Below, in pieces: positions 11,175-24,057 of a stretch of 64,000 bases of DNA. The notes under the pieces are model-generated. The model was not told the DNA's origin and ran no database searches. It saw only the letters and a list, made by a program, of their open reading frames with translations. The translations under genes and the position numbers were made by a program. The stretch comes from Eledone cirrhosa. Taxonomy: Eukaryota. Positions within the stretch are counted from its first letter, which is position 1; every line of letters starts with the position of its first letter. The stretch is from NCBI GenBank assembly GCA_964016885.1, contig OZ024742.1, positions 337,094,001 through 337,158,000 of the forward strand. Reading direction: 5' to 3'.

Positions 11175-11178
<4 letters not shown>
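9068..11178 (-). mobile_element. Young non-autonomous LTR retroelement (TRIM/LARD-like, 2.1 kb) inserted in a (TA)n tract of unit 2
   Basis: 370-bp direct repeats at 9068-9437 and 10809-11178 look identical by eye. Minus-strand termini TGTAGCG...CGCTATA. PBS TGGTGACCCCGACGTGAT (10790-10807); PPT-like GGCGGGAGG next to 9437; TATAAAA and ATTAAA inside the LTR on the minus strand. No recognisable gag/pol. Absent from the other units. Confidence 0.93.
10790..10807 (-). promoter_or_regulatory. Primer binding site complementary to the tRNA-Trp 3' end
   Basis: Plus strand ATCACGTCGGGGTCACCA equals the last 18 nt of metazoan tRNA-Trp(CCA) including the CCA, 1 nt from the LTR end. Confidence 0.92.
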
Positions 11179-11235
<57 letters not shown>

Positions 11236-12755
11236 GTACATACATATATGCATGTACATACATTCTGGAGAAAAATAGGATGTGAGGAAAAGAAGGCGGT
11301 GGCTGTGGCGGCAGTGTAATTAGAAGCTCAAATGAAGTATTGTTCTCGAGTTACACCAAAAACATGCAACCTCAATATGGATACACTGGAGACTGACAGA
11401 AAATCTTAGGGTAAGAAAGCACCAGGAAGAGACTTGGTTGTTGGTTACAAGCCCTTAACGGAGATATAGATACACCAAGCTTGTTGGAGTTTGCAGATAC
11501 AAAATTGGTCCTAACCACATCTCCCCCAAAACTCACTTGGCAAAAGACTACTAACTGATTGCATGCCAGAATTGTATCTATAAAATGTATACAGCCTGTC
11601 TGAACCGATTCCTCCTGGAATACTGTGACAATAACAATATCATCACAGATGAACAAGCAGTTGGAAAGAAAGGGATTTGGGGATGTGTTGAGTAGCTCCT
11701 GATTAACAAAACTGTGATGTTAGAAGTGTGGCGACATACGAGAAACTTGCTAACCGTCTTGCTGGATTACACACATGAATACATACGTAATACATACACA
11801 CACATACATAAATATATACATATAGCGAAAGAAATGTTTTTTGCACGGTGTTTTCTTTTCCATTGCGGACACGGCTACCTTTTACCTCGCAGGGAAAGCA
11901 ATAGATAAGATTGCCCGATGGAAGGATTCACGGCGCCAGGTGTATGAAGAACATTTTCTACAGCCATCTGTTATTTATCAGTAAAATAACTAGCAGTCAC
12001 TATAAATAGGCTGTCGTGTGACCTTAACATCATTCACTCCACTGCCTTTTCGCCTGTACAATACAGCCTGTATATATAACGGTTTACTGCTACATTCACT
12101 TAGGGTCACTCTGGCCACCACAACTTGTCACTTTTCTTTTAAGGTAAAAAAACCCATGATAAATAAAAGATTCATGCACAACACTGAAGCTTTACCGAAC
12201 ACTATATTTATTTGTGAACACTATAATCAAACATATTTACGATTCGAAGTAATCATATTTTTTTTCTTTTTGTTGAATTGAAGTAAAGATAATATATTAA
12301 ACCAGAATTGTTGGTATTTGTTGTGTTCGTAATTTCTCCTCTACCCCACCTCCTCCTCTCCATGTAAAATTTGTCCAGTGATTCTTTCCTGAGACATTTT
12401 AACCACATGCCCATAATATTGGAGCTGTGATCTCTCAATTCGGAGAAGTAGCAACTCTACCTGGAGTGACTCTCTGATCTCCGAGTAACGTTACTCCAAA
12501 GACTCTTTGGAAGAATCCCATTTCAGCTGCTTGTATTCGCGATCGTATTCTTTCGGTCATTACCCAAGATTCATGACCATAGGTAAATGTTGGCACTAAT
12601 ACAATATTGAAGATAGCGAGTTTGGCTATCTCCCTTCTGATTACTGAATGCTGGCACATTACTGCACTAACTCCTGCAATTCTGGCACGTAATTCAGCCT
12701 CCTGCCTTCCATCACTTGTGAATGTGGCCCCGAGATACTTTAACTTCTCTACCTG

Positions 12756-15196
12756 GGAAGCAAGGCGTTCAGAGTATGGTAGATGGCAGGTATTCGCTTG
12801 GTTGCACATCTCTGAACAGTTTCCAGGCGGTCAATGTTCTGAGCAAGATAGGGGTTCCAGACTAGTGATGCAAATTCTAAGTGTGGCCGCACCATAGCTA
12901 TATGCAGCCTTAAATAGATAGAGAGCGGCTGACAAATGTCTTGCTGAGTGCTGCTAAGACAGCCACGGCCTTCTTGACAATTTTAGAGATGTGCTTTGTC
13001 CAATGCAAATCGCTGCTGACAGTAATGCCCAAGTCACGTTCACAAGAAGACTTCTTGATATTAGTGTTGTGGAGGGAGTATGTGGACGCTGGGATTTTAC
13101 TCCCAAAATGCATGGTGGTGCACTTGTCCACAGCCAGCTTGAGTTGCCAGTCTGTGATCCATTGTTGCATTGTGTCCAGGTTAGATTGCAGGCAAGATCT
13201 ATAGTGTTCAGGATCTGTCCTTTTTATCTCAAGGTACAGCTTGATGTCATCTGCGTATTTCAGTACTGTGGCATTCTTTAAGTTGGCATCTATGTCATTA
13301 ATATATGACACAAACAAAAGGGGCCAAGAACAGATCCCTGAGGTACACCAGATGACATCTCATATGGTGAGGAATGCTGTCCTAGAACCGTGACTACCTC
13401 TCTTCGACTGAGAATGATGGACTTCAACCAGTTAAAAAGATCATCCTTCACACCGATTGCAGAGAGTTTTCCATAAGTCTTTTGTGTGGCACAGAATTGA
13501 AAGCTTTAGCAAAGTCAAGGTAAACAACATCCACCCATGAGCCGCCATCAGTGATCCGGGTGATGTCTTCAAGAAACTCGATAAGTTGATCACACCAGCT
13601 GGAGTTATGGATAAATCCAAATTGCGAGGGCCGGATAAGACTGTGAGAGTTTCAGAAGTTCCAAAGCGTTTCTCTGACACAGGGTGCCATCAGTTTGGCA
13701 ATGCAGCTAGTAAGGATGACTGGGCGATAATTCACAGGTGATGTGCGGTCACCCTTTTTGAACAGAGGAATGACTGACAGTTTTCTACTGTTCTGGGGGC
13801 GCACCATTGTTCAGACAGAATTGGAAGAAGCGTGATAACTGGTGCAGAAGGAAGTACCTACCACGTTTGAGAAGCAGGTACGTAACATCATCAAGACACG
13901 GAGAGGCATGGTTGCGTTTATTTTTAAGGTGACGTCGCAGCATTGAAGGTGTAAATTCCATAGTTGTAATAGAATCCGATGTCAGAGGTGGTGGAGACGG
14001 TACACTCTGGTCTTCAATAGTGAAAATGCCTGCATAGCATTCAGCAATGAGCTCTACGCATTCCTTGGGGTCGTCAATAACCTGACTTGTGTGGGGATTG
14101 CGAAGAGGACCAACTGGAGAGTGAGGCCTCTGCTTTGAGTGAACATACTTCCAGAACACCTTACTGTCGGGGATGGTTGCTATGCGCTGCTCACATTGAA
14201 TCATTGCCTTTTTTTGTCACCTGTTTGAGATGGTTGGATGATTTATTTCGCTTCTTCCTATTGATATCTGATTTATGCAGTTTGTACTCACGTTCAGCAT
14301 TACGACGTTCTTTTCTGGCAAGACGGACTGCTGAAGTCTCCCAAATTGCACGTTTGGGATGTTTTTCTGCTTACGTGGCACCGATGCTGCATATGCTGTC
14401 CATATTGAGCTTAGGTTGTTATGGAGTACAGTGTTGACATCTCCAGAGTCGTAGAACTCAAGCCAGTTTGGACGTTGCAACTCGGTGCAGTTACAGTTCC
14501 AGTTTGCTTTATTACAGTCAAAGTGAGCAGTTTGGAGATGGTTGTGGTTCTTGTTACTGCCCACGAGGGATAGATTGGCAATGACCATAGCATGATCTGA
14601 GTCAGCTAAAGGTTCCTCAGTAGTAACACTAATGACCGTTTCAGGAGTAGTGGTGAAGAGTATGTCCAACGTGTTGTCATCTCTTGTTGGGGAGGTGACT
14701 ACTTGGGACCAGTTCGAGTCCAGCACTAGCTCAAGGGAGTCATTTGCACTTGGCTGCCAACGAAAGGTTTCCCAGTCAATCTCAGGGTGATTGAAGTCCC
14801 CTGCAATAAAAACATAAGTGGCTATTTTCCTGGTAGCAACTCTGAGGATATCACAAAGCTAAGTGTCCTGATGGTAATTTGGGGGACGGTAAACGATTCC
14901 AAGTAGTAGTGTTGACATGGTCATACGTATATCGCAGAAAAAAACTTCCTGCTGCGATTGGTTCAAATCAACACAAGGAATTGAGGAAAGATTTGACAGA
15001 ACGTAGACCATTACACCACCACGACGACGATTAATGCGGTCTTTACGAAACAAGTTGTAGCCAGTTATGCTGAAAACCCCATCACAGATTAAGGAATGTG
15101 CCCATGTTTCCGTGCCTGTAATGAAGTCAGGGTTGATACTTTTGACGTAGGAGTCAAAAAGATGAATCTTATTGCATAGACTACGTGCATTCATGC
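12756..15196 (-). mobile_element. CR1-like LINE fragment, unit 2
   Basis: Near-identical copy of 1787-4228. Confidence 0.92.
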
Positions 15197-17913
15197 ATGG
15201 AGATGCAGAAACTGTCTCTTCCCCTCGTCTGTCCAGCCACGGCCGTCTGGCACTCCACCAGATGAGACAGCGAGCTTGCCTGATGCCCAAGCCTCGCTGG
15301 TCAACATCGCTCGGCTCAGGAGGCTGCGGAAGATTCCGCTCAGGATCCCGAGAGCGGCCTGGGTGCCGGTAGCCGATGCCCTCGCTTCCTCGATCGAAAG
15401 TGCTCTGGACTCCAATCGAGCCTGCTACTGGGAGCTCCTCTTCTATTTCGCCCCACTCGCCCTTGGCCTCCCCAGCTATGGCGCTGACCAAGGCGACCGG
15501 TCGACAGCAGCGTTTGCCAAGGCCAATGTTTCGTCCTTTGGGCAAGCGCCCATTCCAAGAGTGCCGAAGGACGCCATTATCCCTGCTCCAGGGTGCCTCC
15601 ACCCCTGAGGCTAGCGCCAAGCGTTTAAGTGACCGCGTAAAAGCTAAACTTATCATGAGTGATGTCAAGGCCGCAGTCAGAATGGTTGCCTCAGAGGACA
15701 CTGTCCTCCAACCCACCGAGGAAGTCCTTGCTGCCCTGCGACTCAAGCACCCTGAGCCACCTGCTGACATCCAACCCCTACCCCTACCCTATCCCCACAT
15801 GCACCTTGTGGCTTCCGGAGCAGATATCATGTCTGCCATCAAGTCCTTCCCAGCTAGCAGCAGCGGCGTTGCTGATGGTCTCCGTCCAGACCACCTCAAA
15901 GAGTTGCTATCCTCCTTCTCCGCTGAGGCCGGGTGCCGCCTTCTGAGTGCTAGTGTGGCACTTACCAATAGGCTTATCCATGGCGCCCTGGATCCTTACG
16001 CCCGAGGTCTCTTTTTTTCGGCTATCCTGACCGCTCTCAAGAAGAAAGAGTTCAGTCCGGTGCAACTGGGTGTCGGCGTGTCCGGTGGCTGTGAGGGGGC
16101 CGCACATGTAACCAGGCAGTTCTTCAATAGCTGCCCACCGGAACCGACATCCAGGGACTCCGGGCACCTCATTGTCAAGCTTGACACGAGGAATGCCTTT
16201 AACTGCATACGCCGGGACCATCTGCTTAATGCCTGCCTCAGCCGAGCCCCTGCTGCCTTCCCGCTGGCCTACTTGTCATATGGTGCCCCGAGCATACTCC
16301 TTGCTGCTGATACGGTCATACCTTCGGCCAGTGGGGTCAAACAGGATGACCCTCTGGGTCTCCTCCTGTTTGCTCCATTGCCCGTAGCATCACGGCTCCT
16401 CTCAACGTTTGGTACCTGGATGATGCTACGCTGGGCGGGCACATGGAAATTGTTTGCCATGACCTTCAATCGGTGGTTTCCGCCCTGGCGGGAATCGGAC
16501 TCCAGATCAACTCGTCTAAGTCGGAGGTGGTCAATGTCAGCTGTGATGCTGAGAGCTTTGCGGCCTCCGTCTTGGACGTGCGGTCCATCCTCCACCAGGT
16601 ACAGGTGACCCCCAAAGAGGATGTCCTCATCATCGGGTCACCGATCCACTCGCCGGCCATCCGCTCCACCATCAGGGCTAGGCGCCAACAACTCCCCGAT
16701 CCTCACGAGCCGACTGGGCTTGATCGACGGCTACCCAGCTCTCTTCCTGATGAGGAACTGCTTCGCCATGCTGAAGCTCCTCTACACCCATCGCAGCGCT
16801 CTGTGGTACAGCCACGCATCTCTCCTCGCTGACCTCGATACTTTGTATCCGAGCGGCTGCTGAAGAGATATGCAGCGTCAGGTTTGACGACTTTGGATGG
16901 CAACAGGCCACTTTACTTGTCAGATTTAGCGGCCTTGGCTTCCGGTCCCCGATCTCGCTGGCTTTGTCGGCGTTTCTTTCATCGGTAACCTCATGCCGCG
17001 TCTCGTGAGCAGGGTTCTCCAAAACACAATAGAACCCTCTGTGTTCAGGGAACGTGAGGTCGCCTGTGAGACGTGGCACAGGCTGGGGGGACTTAGCCCG
17101 GGAGACGTCCCTCCTCCTTCTCCCCCTGCTGACGTCAAGTACCCCCAAAGCGTATGGGATGTCATCTAGTGCAGCCTGGCCTCAGACACGCTCATGCGCC
17201 AGCTCTACCAGCAACTACCTTGCCTGTTTTCGCGCGGCCTCCAAACCCCACAGTGGTACCTGGCTCCATGCCTTGCCCTCCTTCTCCACTGGCACGCAGC
17301 TGGATACGATAGTCTGCGCATCGGCGTTTCCTTGAGGCTTGGACTCAAATGTCACTGTGGATTCACCGTGGACTCTTTCCGACTCCACCCGCTTTCCTGT
17401 CGCCACAGTGCCGGCCGCCTTCCACGCCATGCTACCCTCAACGAGGTCATTAAGCATAGCTTGGACGCTGCAGGCTTCCCCCACCCAGCTCGAGCCGGTG
17501 GGGCTGGACTGAGGGGATGGAAAAAGGCCAGACGGTATGACCATCTTCCCGTTCCGCGGTGGAAAACCCCTCGTTTGGGATGCCACTTGCAACGACACTT
17601 TCTCCAGCCGCAACTTGGTGCAGTCTGCGACTAACCCAGGTACTGCTGCAAGTCGTGCTGAAGAAGGCAAACTCTCCAAGTACCGACAGGTTCGCGGTCG
17701 TGCCCTTGGCAGTGGAGACTTCTGGTGTCCTTGGCCCTACAGTTACCTCCCTATTCACCACCAAATAGCGCGGAGCTATCCAGCCGCAGGTGTGAGCCTC
17801 GCGAGTTGGAATGGCTCTTCCAGCGCATCTCCCTTACCATCCTCCGAGGAAACCGCCTTCTCCATCCTGTCTGCCGGGGCTGTGGGGAGGCCAGCACCTG
17901 GGACCCCATTTGC
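15197..17913 (+). mobile_element. CRE-like retrotransposon fragment, unit 2
   Basis: Near-identical copy of 4229-6945. Confidence 0.9.
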
Positions 17914-18001
17914 TTACCATACGGATTAATAGGCAAAGTCCATATTATTATAAAACGAATCGTTATTTATGAAACCATTATTATTTCCTTATTTGTTGTT
18001 G

Positions 18002-18076
18002 AGATAAAGACTTTCTAGGAAACCAAATAGAAAAGTGAAAGTTTTCCTTGAAACATGGGAGATAACTCAGAGATAA
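18002..18076 (+). promoter_or_regulatory. GATA/GAS/IRF-E cluster, unit 2
   Basis: Same sequence as 7034-7108. Confidence 0.65.
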
Positions 18077-18215
18077 CATCATTATTTCTCATTTTAAAAC
18101 GGAGAATTAATAGCGTACAGAATAATATATCAACAAAGTATAATTGTCAGAAGTAATTACACTCTGTTTATCACTTAGACAAAAAAAAAAAACACAATAA
18201 TAAAACGTACTTTAT

Positions 18216-18455
<240 letters not shown>

Positions 18456-18586
18456 TCATCTACCGTGTTTCACGGAAAAAAAGCTATTTACTTTCATATT
18501 GGTTTCTTCTTCAGTCTGTACAGACTTTGCCACACCTACTGTACTAAATCTCGCACCATAATTATTTCTCATTTAATACTTACACC

Positions 18587-19105
18587 ATGCACATCATCGA
18601 ACTGTCTCCGGCTAATATCCGCTTTAGTCAAGATTCTATCGCAAAATGTTTCAAAGATGGGAGAAAGCTGCAAAATGTTATTTTGGATATAATTAATGGG
18701 AAAATCACACCCGACTCCATTCCCAAGATCGAAGTTTTCTCAAGATATGGAAAATACTACAGTTTAGACAATAGGAGACTTTATGTATTCAAAGCGGTTC
18801 AACAACGGTCTAAGCCGGACATGAAGATTAAGGTGAAATTAACTACAAAATCTAACGAAAGAAAATTTACGACAAAAAATGATGGTGAAAGTATATATGT
18901 AAGAGGTCAAACACAAGAAGAGCCTAGGCTCGAAGCCTTCAAAGGAAGAATATATACGGACTCACCGCAAATGGTGGCTCAATCGGCCTCAATATTTGAC
19001 GAATCAGATTTTACATTAATAACTTTCCCTGTGTCTGATATAAATCCGATAGAATTTATAGAATCGCCTTTAATAACACCGGCGGTATTTATAGACTTGC
19101 CTTAA
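18587..19105 (+). CDS. 172-aa ParB/Srx-like protein, copy 2 (T9A)
   Basis: Intact ORF; one ACT>GCT change relative to copy 1. Confidence 0.8.
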   Translation: MHIIELSPANIRFSQDSIAKCFKDGRKLQNVILDIINGKITPDSIPKIEVFSRYGKYYSLDNRRLYVFKAVQQRSKPDMKIKVKLTTKSNERKFTTKNDGESIYVRGQTQEEPRLEAFKGRIYTDSPQMVAQSASIFDESDFTLITFPVSDINPIEFIESPLITPAVFIDLP

Positions 19106-19556
19106 ACAAACCAGAAGGAAATTTTGGTCGAAAAATTTGCTTCAACTGAGGATTTTTTTACAGGTATATCTATCAATGATTGTATTAAGTTTTAAATATA
19201 TAGGTAAATAACATTACAAATTGCCCACAATTCTTTCAGAATTGTTACTGTATTTATTCAAACATTCGTCCCATAATCTTATTTCCTGTTTCTATAATCT
19301 TATTTGCTGTTTTTTTTTAAAAACCCAAAGATTTCGATTTTATTCAATGTTTTAGAACTCCTTCATTTAGACACGCAAACACACACACACACACACACAC
19401 ATGCACGCAACAGTAATAGGAATATATAGGAATTAAAACCTGAATATTTACTAATATAGATACATATGTTTATACGTACATCTATCCATCTATACATACA
19501 TACATGCACACGCACACGCACACTACATACACATACATTCATACATTTATAGATAG

Positions 19557-19589
<33 letters not shown>

Positions 19590-20035
19590 GGCATACGTTA
19601 AGACGGGCGTTGCGGAAAGTGAAAGTAAAATTTTTGACAACAATGTGAATTTTTTTTTTTTTTTTTTTTTACAATGAAAGTTACGATACACACGCAATTG
19701 TATGGATTTCTTAATATATATATATGTGTAGGTGTGTACACTGTGAATTTGTTTGTTTATTTACAACAGGTCTCTATATTGATATGGTGTTAATTAGTAT
19801 TGCGTGTGTGATTATTTTTTCTTTAGATAGACGTTAAACGATGATGATGACACAAACACATATATATATACATACATACACACATATATATACACACCCA
19901 CACATATATATATATTAAGAAATCCATACAATTGCGTGTGTATCGTAACTTTCATTGTAAAAAAACAAACAAACAAATTCACATTGTTGTCAAAAAATTT
20001 ACTTTCACTTTCCGCAACGCCCGTCTTAACGTATG

Positions 20036-20096
<61 letters not shown>

Positions 20097-21616
20097 GTAC
20101 ATACATATATGCATGTACATACATTCTGGAGAAAAATAGGATGTGAGGAAAAGAAGGCGGTGGCTGTGGCGGCAGTGTAATTAGAAGCTCAAATGAAGTA
20201 TTGTTCTCGAGTTACACCAAAAACATGCAACCTCAATATGGATACACTGGAGACTGACAGAAAATCTTAGGGTAAGAAAGCACCAGGAAGAGACTTGGTT
20301 GTTGGTTACAAGCCCTTAACGGAGATATAGATACACCAAGCTTGTTGGAGTTTGCAGATACAAAATTGGTCCTAACCACATCTCCCCCAAAACTCACTTG
20401 GCAAAAGACTACTAACTGATTGCATGCCAGAATTGTATCTATAAAATGTATACAGCCTGTCTGAACCGATTCCTCCTGGAATACTGTGACAATAACAATA
20501 TCATCACAGATGAACAAGCAGTTGGAAAGAAAGGGATTTGGGGATGTGTTGAGTAGCTCCTGATTAACAAAACTGTGATGTTAGAAGTGTGGCGACATAC
20601 GAGAAACTTGCTAACCGTCTTGCTGGATTACACACATGAATACATACGTAAGACATACACACACATACATAAATATATACATATAGCGAAAGAAATGTTT
20701 TTTGCACGGTGTTTTCTTTTCCATTGCGGACACGGCTACCTTTTACCTCGCAGGGAAAGCAATAGATAAGATTGCCCGATGGAAGGATTCACGGCGCCAG
20801 GTGTATGAAGAACATTTTCTACAGCCATCTGTTATTTATCAGTAAAATAACTAGCAGTCACTATAAATAGGCTGTCGTGTGACCTTAACATCATTCACTC
20901 CACTGCCTTTTCGCCTGTACAATACAGCCTGTATATATAACGGTTTACTGCTACATTCACTTAGGGTCACTCTGGCCACCACAACTTGTCACTTTTCTTT
21001 TAAGGTAAAAAAACCCATGATAAATAAAAGATTCATGCACAACACTGAAGCTTTACCGAACACTATATTTATTTGTGAACACTATAATCAAACATATTTA
21101 CGATTCGAAGTAATCATATTTTTTTTCTTTTTGTTGAATTGAAGTAAAGATAATATATTAAACCAGAATTGTTGGTATTTGTTGTGTTCGTAATTTCTCC
21201 TCTACCCCACCTCCTCCTCTCCATGTAAAATTTGTCCAGTGATTCTTTCCTGAGACATTTTAACCACATGCCCATAATATTGGAGCTGTGATCTCTCAAT
21301 TCGGAGAAGTAGCAACTCTACCTGGAGTGACTCTCTGATCTCCGAGTAACGTTACTCCAAAGACTCTTTGGAAGAATCCCATTTCAGCTGCTTGTATTCG
21401 CGATCGTATTCTTTCGGTCATTACCCAAGATTCATGACCATAGGTAAATGTTGCCACTAATACAATATTGAAGATAGCGAGTTTGGCTATCTCCCTTCTG
21501 ATTACTGAATGCTGGCACATTACTGCACTAACTCCTGCAATTCTGGCACGTAATTCAGCCTCCTGCCTTCCATCACTTGTGAATGTGGCCCCGAGATACT
21601 TTAACTTCTCTACCTG

Positions 21617-24057
21617 GGAAGCAAGGCGTTCAGAGTATGGTAGATGGCAGGTATTCGCTTGGTTGCACATCTCTGAACAGTTTCCAGGCGGTCAATGTTC
21701 TGAGCAAGATAGGGGTTCCAGACTAGTGATGCAAATTCTAAGTGTGGCCGCACCATAGCTATATGCAGCCTTAAATAGATAGAGAGCGGCTGACAAATGT
21801 CTTGCTGAGTGCTGCTAAGACAGCCACGGCCTTCTTGACAATTTTAGAGATGTGCTTTGTCCAATGCAAATCGCTGCTGACAGTAATGCCCAAGTCACGT
21901 TCACAAGAAGACTTCTTGATATTAGTGTTGTGGAGGGAGTATGTGGACGCTGGGATTTTACTCCCAAAATGCATGGTGGTGCACTTGTCCACAGCCAGCT
22001 TGAGTTGCCAGTCTGTGATCCATTGTTGCATTGTGTCCAGGTTAGATTGCAGGCAAGATCTATAGTGTTCAGGATCTGTCCTTTTTATCTCAAGGTACAG
22101 CTTGATGTCATCTGCGTATTTCAGTACTGTGGCATTCTTTAAGTTGGCATCTATGTCATTAATATATGACGCAAACAAAAGGGGCCAAGAACAGATCCCT
22201 GAGGTACACCAGATGACATCTCATATGGTGAGGAATGCTGTCCTAGAACCGTGACTACCTCTCTTCGACTGAGAATGATGGACTTCAACCAGTTAAAAAG
22301 ATCATCCTTCACACCGATTGCAGAGAGTTTTCCATAAGTCTTTTGTGTGGCACAGAATTGAAAGCTTTAGCAAAGTCAAGGTAAACAACATCCACCCATG
22401 AGCCGCCATCAGTGATCCGGGTGATGTCTTCAAGAAACTCGATAAGTTGATCACACCAGCTGGAGTTATGGATAAATCCAAATTGCGAGGGCCGGATAAG
22501 ACTGTGAGAGTTTCAGAAGTTCCAAAGCGTTTCTCTGACACAGGGTGCCATCAGTTTGGCAATGCAGCTAGTAAGGATGACTGGGCGATAATTCACAGGT
22601 GATGTGCGGTCACCCTTTTTGAACAGAGGAATGACTGACAGTTTTCTACTGTTCTGGGGGCGCACCATTGTTCAGACAGAATTGGAAGAAGCGTGATAAC
22701 TGGTGCAGAAGGAAGTACCTACCACGTTTGAGAAGCAGGTACGTAACATCATCAAGACACGGAGAGGCATGGTTGCGTTTATTTTTAAGGTGACGTCGCA
22801 GCATTGAAGGTGTAAATTCCATAGTTGTAATAGAATCCGATGTCAGAGGTGGTGGAGACGGTACACTCTGGTCTTCAATAGTGAAAATGCCTGCATAGCA
22901 TTCAGCAATGAGCTCTACGCATTCCTTGGGGTCGTCAATAACCTGACTTGTGTGGGGATTGCGAAGAGGACCAACTGGAGAGTGAGGCCTCTGCTTTGAG
23001 TGAACATACTTCCAGAACACCTTACTGTCGGGGATGGTTGCTATGCGCTGCTCACATTGAATCATTGCCTTTTTTTGTCACCTGTTTGAGATGGTTGGAT
23101 GATTTATTTCGCTTCTTCCTATTGATATCTGATTTATGCAGTTTGTACTCACGTTCAGCATTACGACGTTCTTTTCTGGCAAGACGGACTGCTGAAGTCT
23201 CCCAAATTGCACGTTTGGGATGTTTTTCTGCTTACGTGGCACCGATGCTGCATATGCTGTCCATATTGAGCTTAGGTTGTTATGGAGTACAGTGTTGACA
23301 TCTCCAGAGTCGTAGAACTCAAGCCAGTTTGGACGTTGCAACTCGGTGCAGTTACAGTTCCAGTTTGCTTTATTACAGTCAAAGTGAGCAGTTTGGAGAT
23401 GGTTGTGGTTCTTGTTACTGCCCACGAGGGATAGATTGGCAATGACCATAGCATGATCTGAGTCAGCTAAAGGTTCCTCAGTAGTAACACTAATGACCGT
23501 TTCAGGAGTAGTGGTGAAGAGTATGTCCAACGTGTTGTCATCTCTTGTTGGGGAGGTGACTACTTGGGACCAGTTCGAGTCCAGCACTAGCTCAAGGGAG
23601 TCATTTGCACTTGGCTGCCAACGAAAGGTTTCCCAGTCAATCTCAGGGTGATTGAAGTCCCCTGCAATAAAAACATAAGTGGCTATTTTCCTGGTAGCAA
23701 CTCTGAGGATATCACAAAGCTAAGTGTCCTGATGGTAATTTGGGGGACGGTAAACGATTCCAAGTAGTAGTGTTGACATGGTCATACGTATATCGCAGAA
23801 AAAAACTTCCTGCTGCGATTGGTTCAAATCAACACAAGGAATTGAGGAAAGATTTGACAGAACGTAGACCATTACACCACCACGACGACGATAAATGCGG
23901 TCTTTACGAAACAAGTTGTAGCCAGTTATGCTGAAAACCCCATCACAGATTAAGGAATGTGCCCATGTTTCCGTGCCTGTAATGAAGTCAGGGTTGATAC
24001 TTTTGACGTAGGAGTCAAAAAGATGAATCTTATTGCATAGACTACGTGCATTCATGC
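21617..24057 (-). mobile_element. CR1-like LINE fragment, unit 3
   Basis: Near-identical copy of 1787-4228. Confidence 0.92.
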
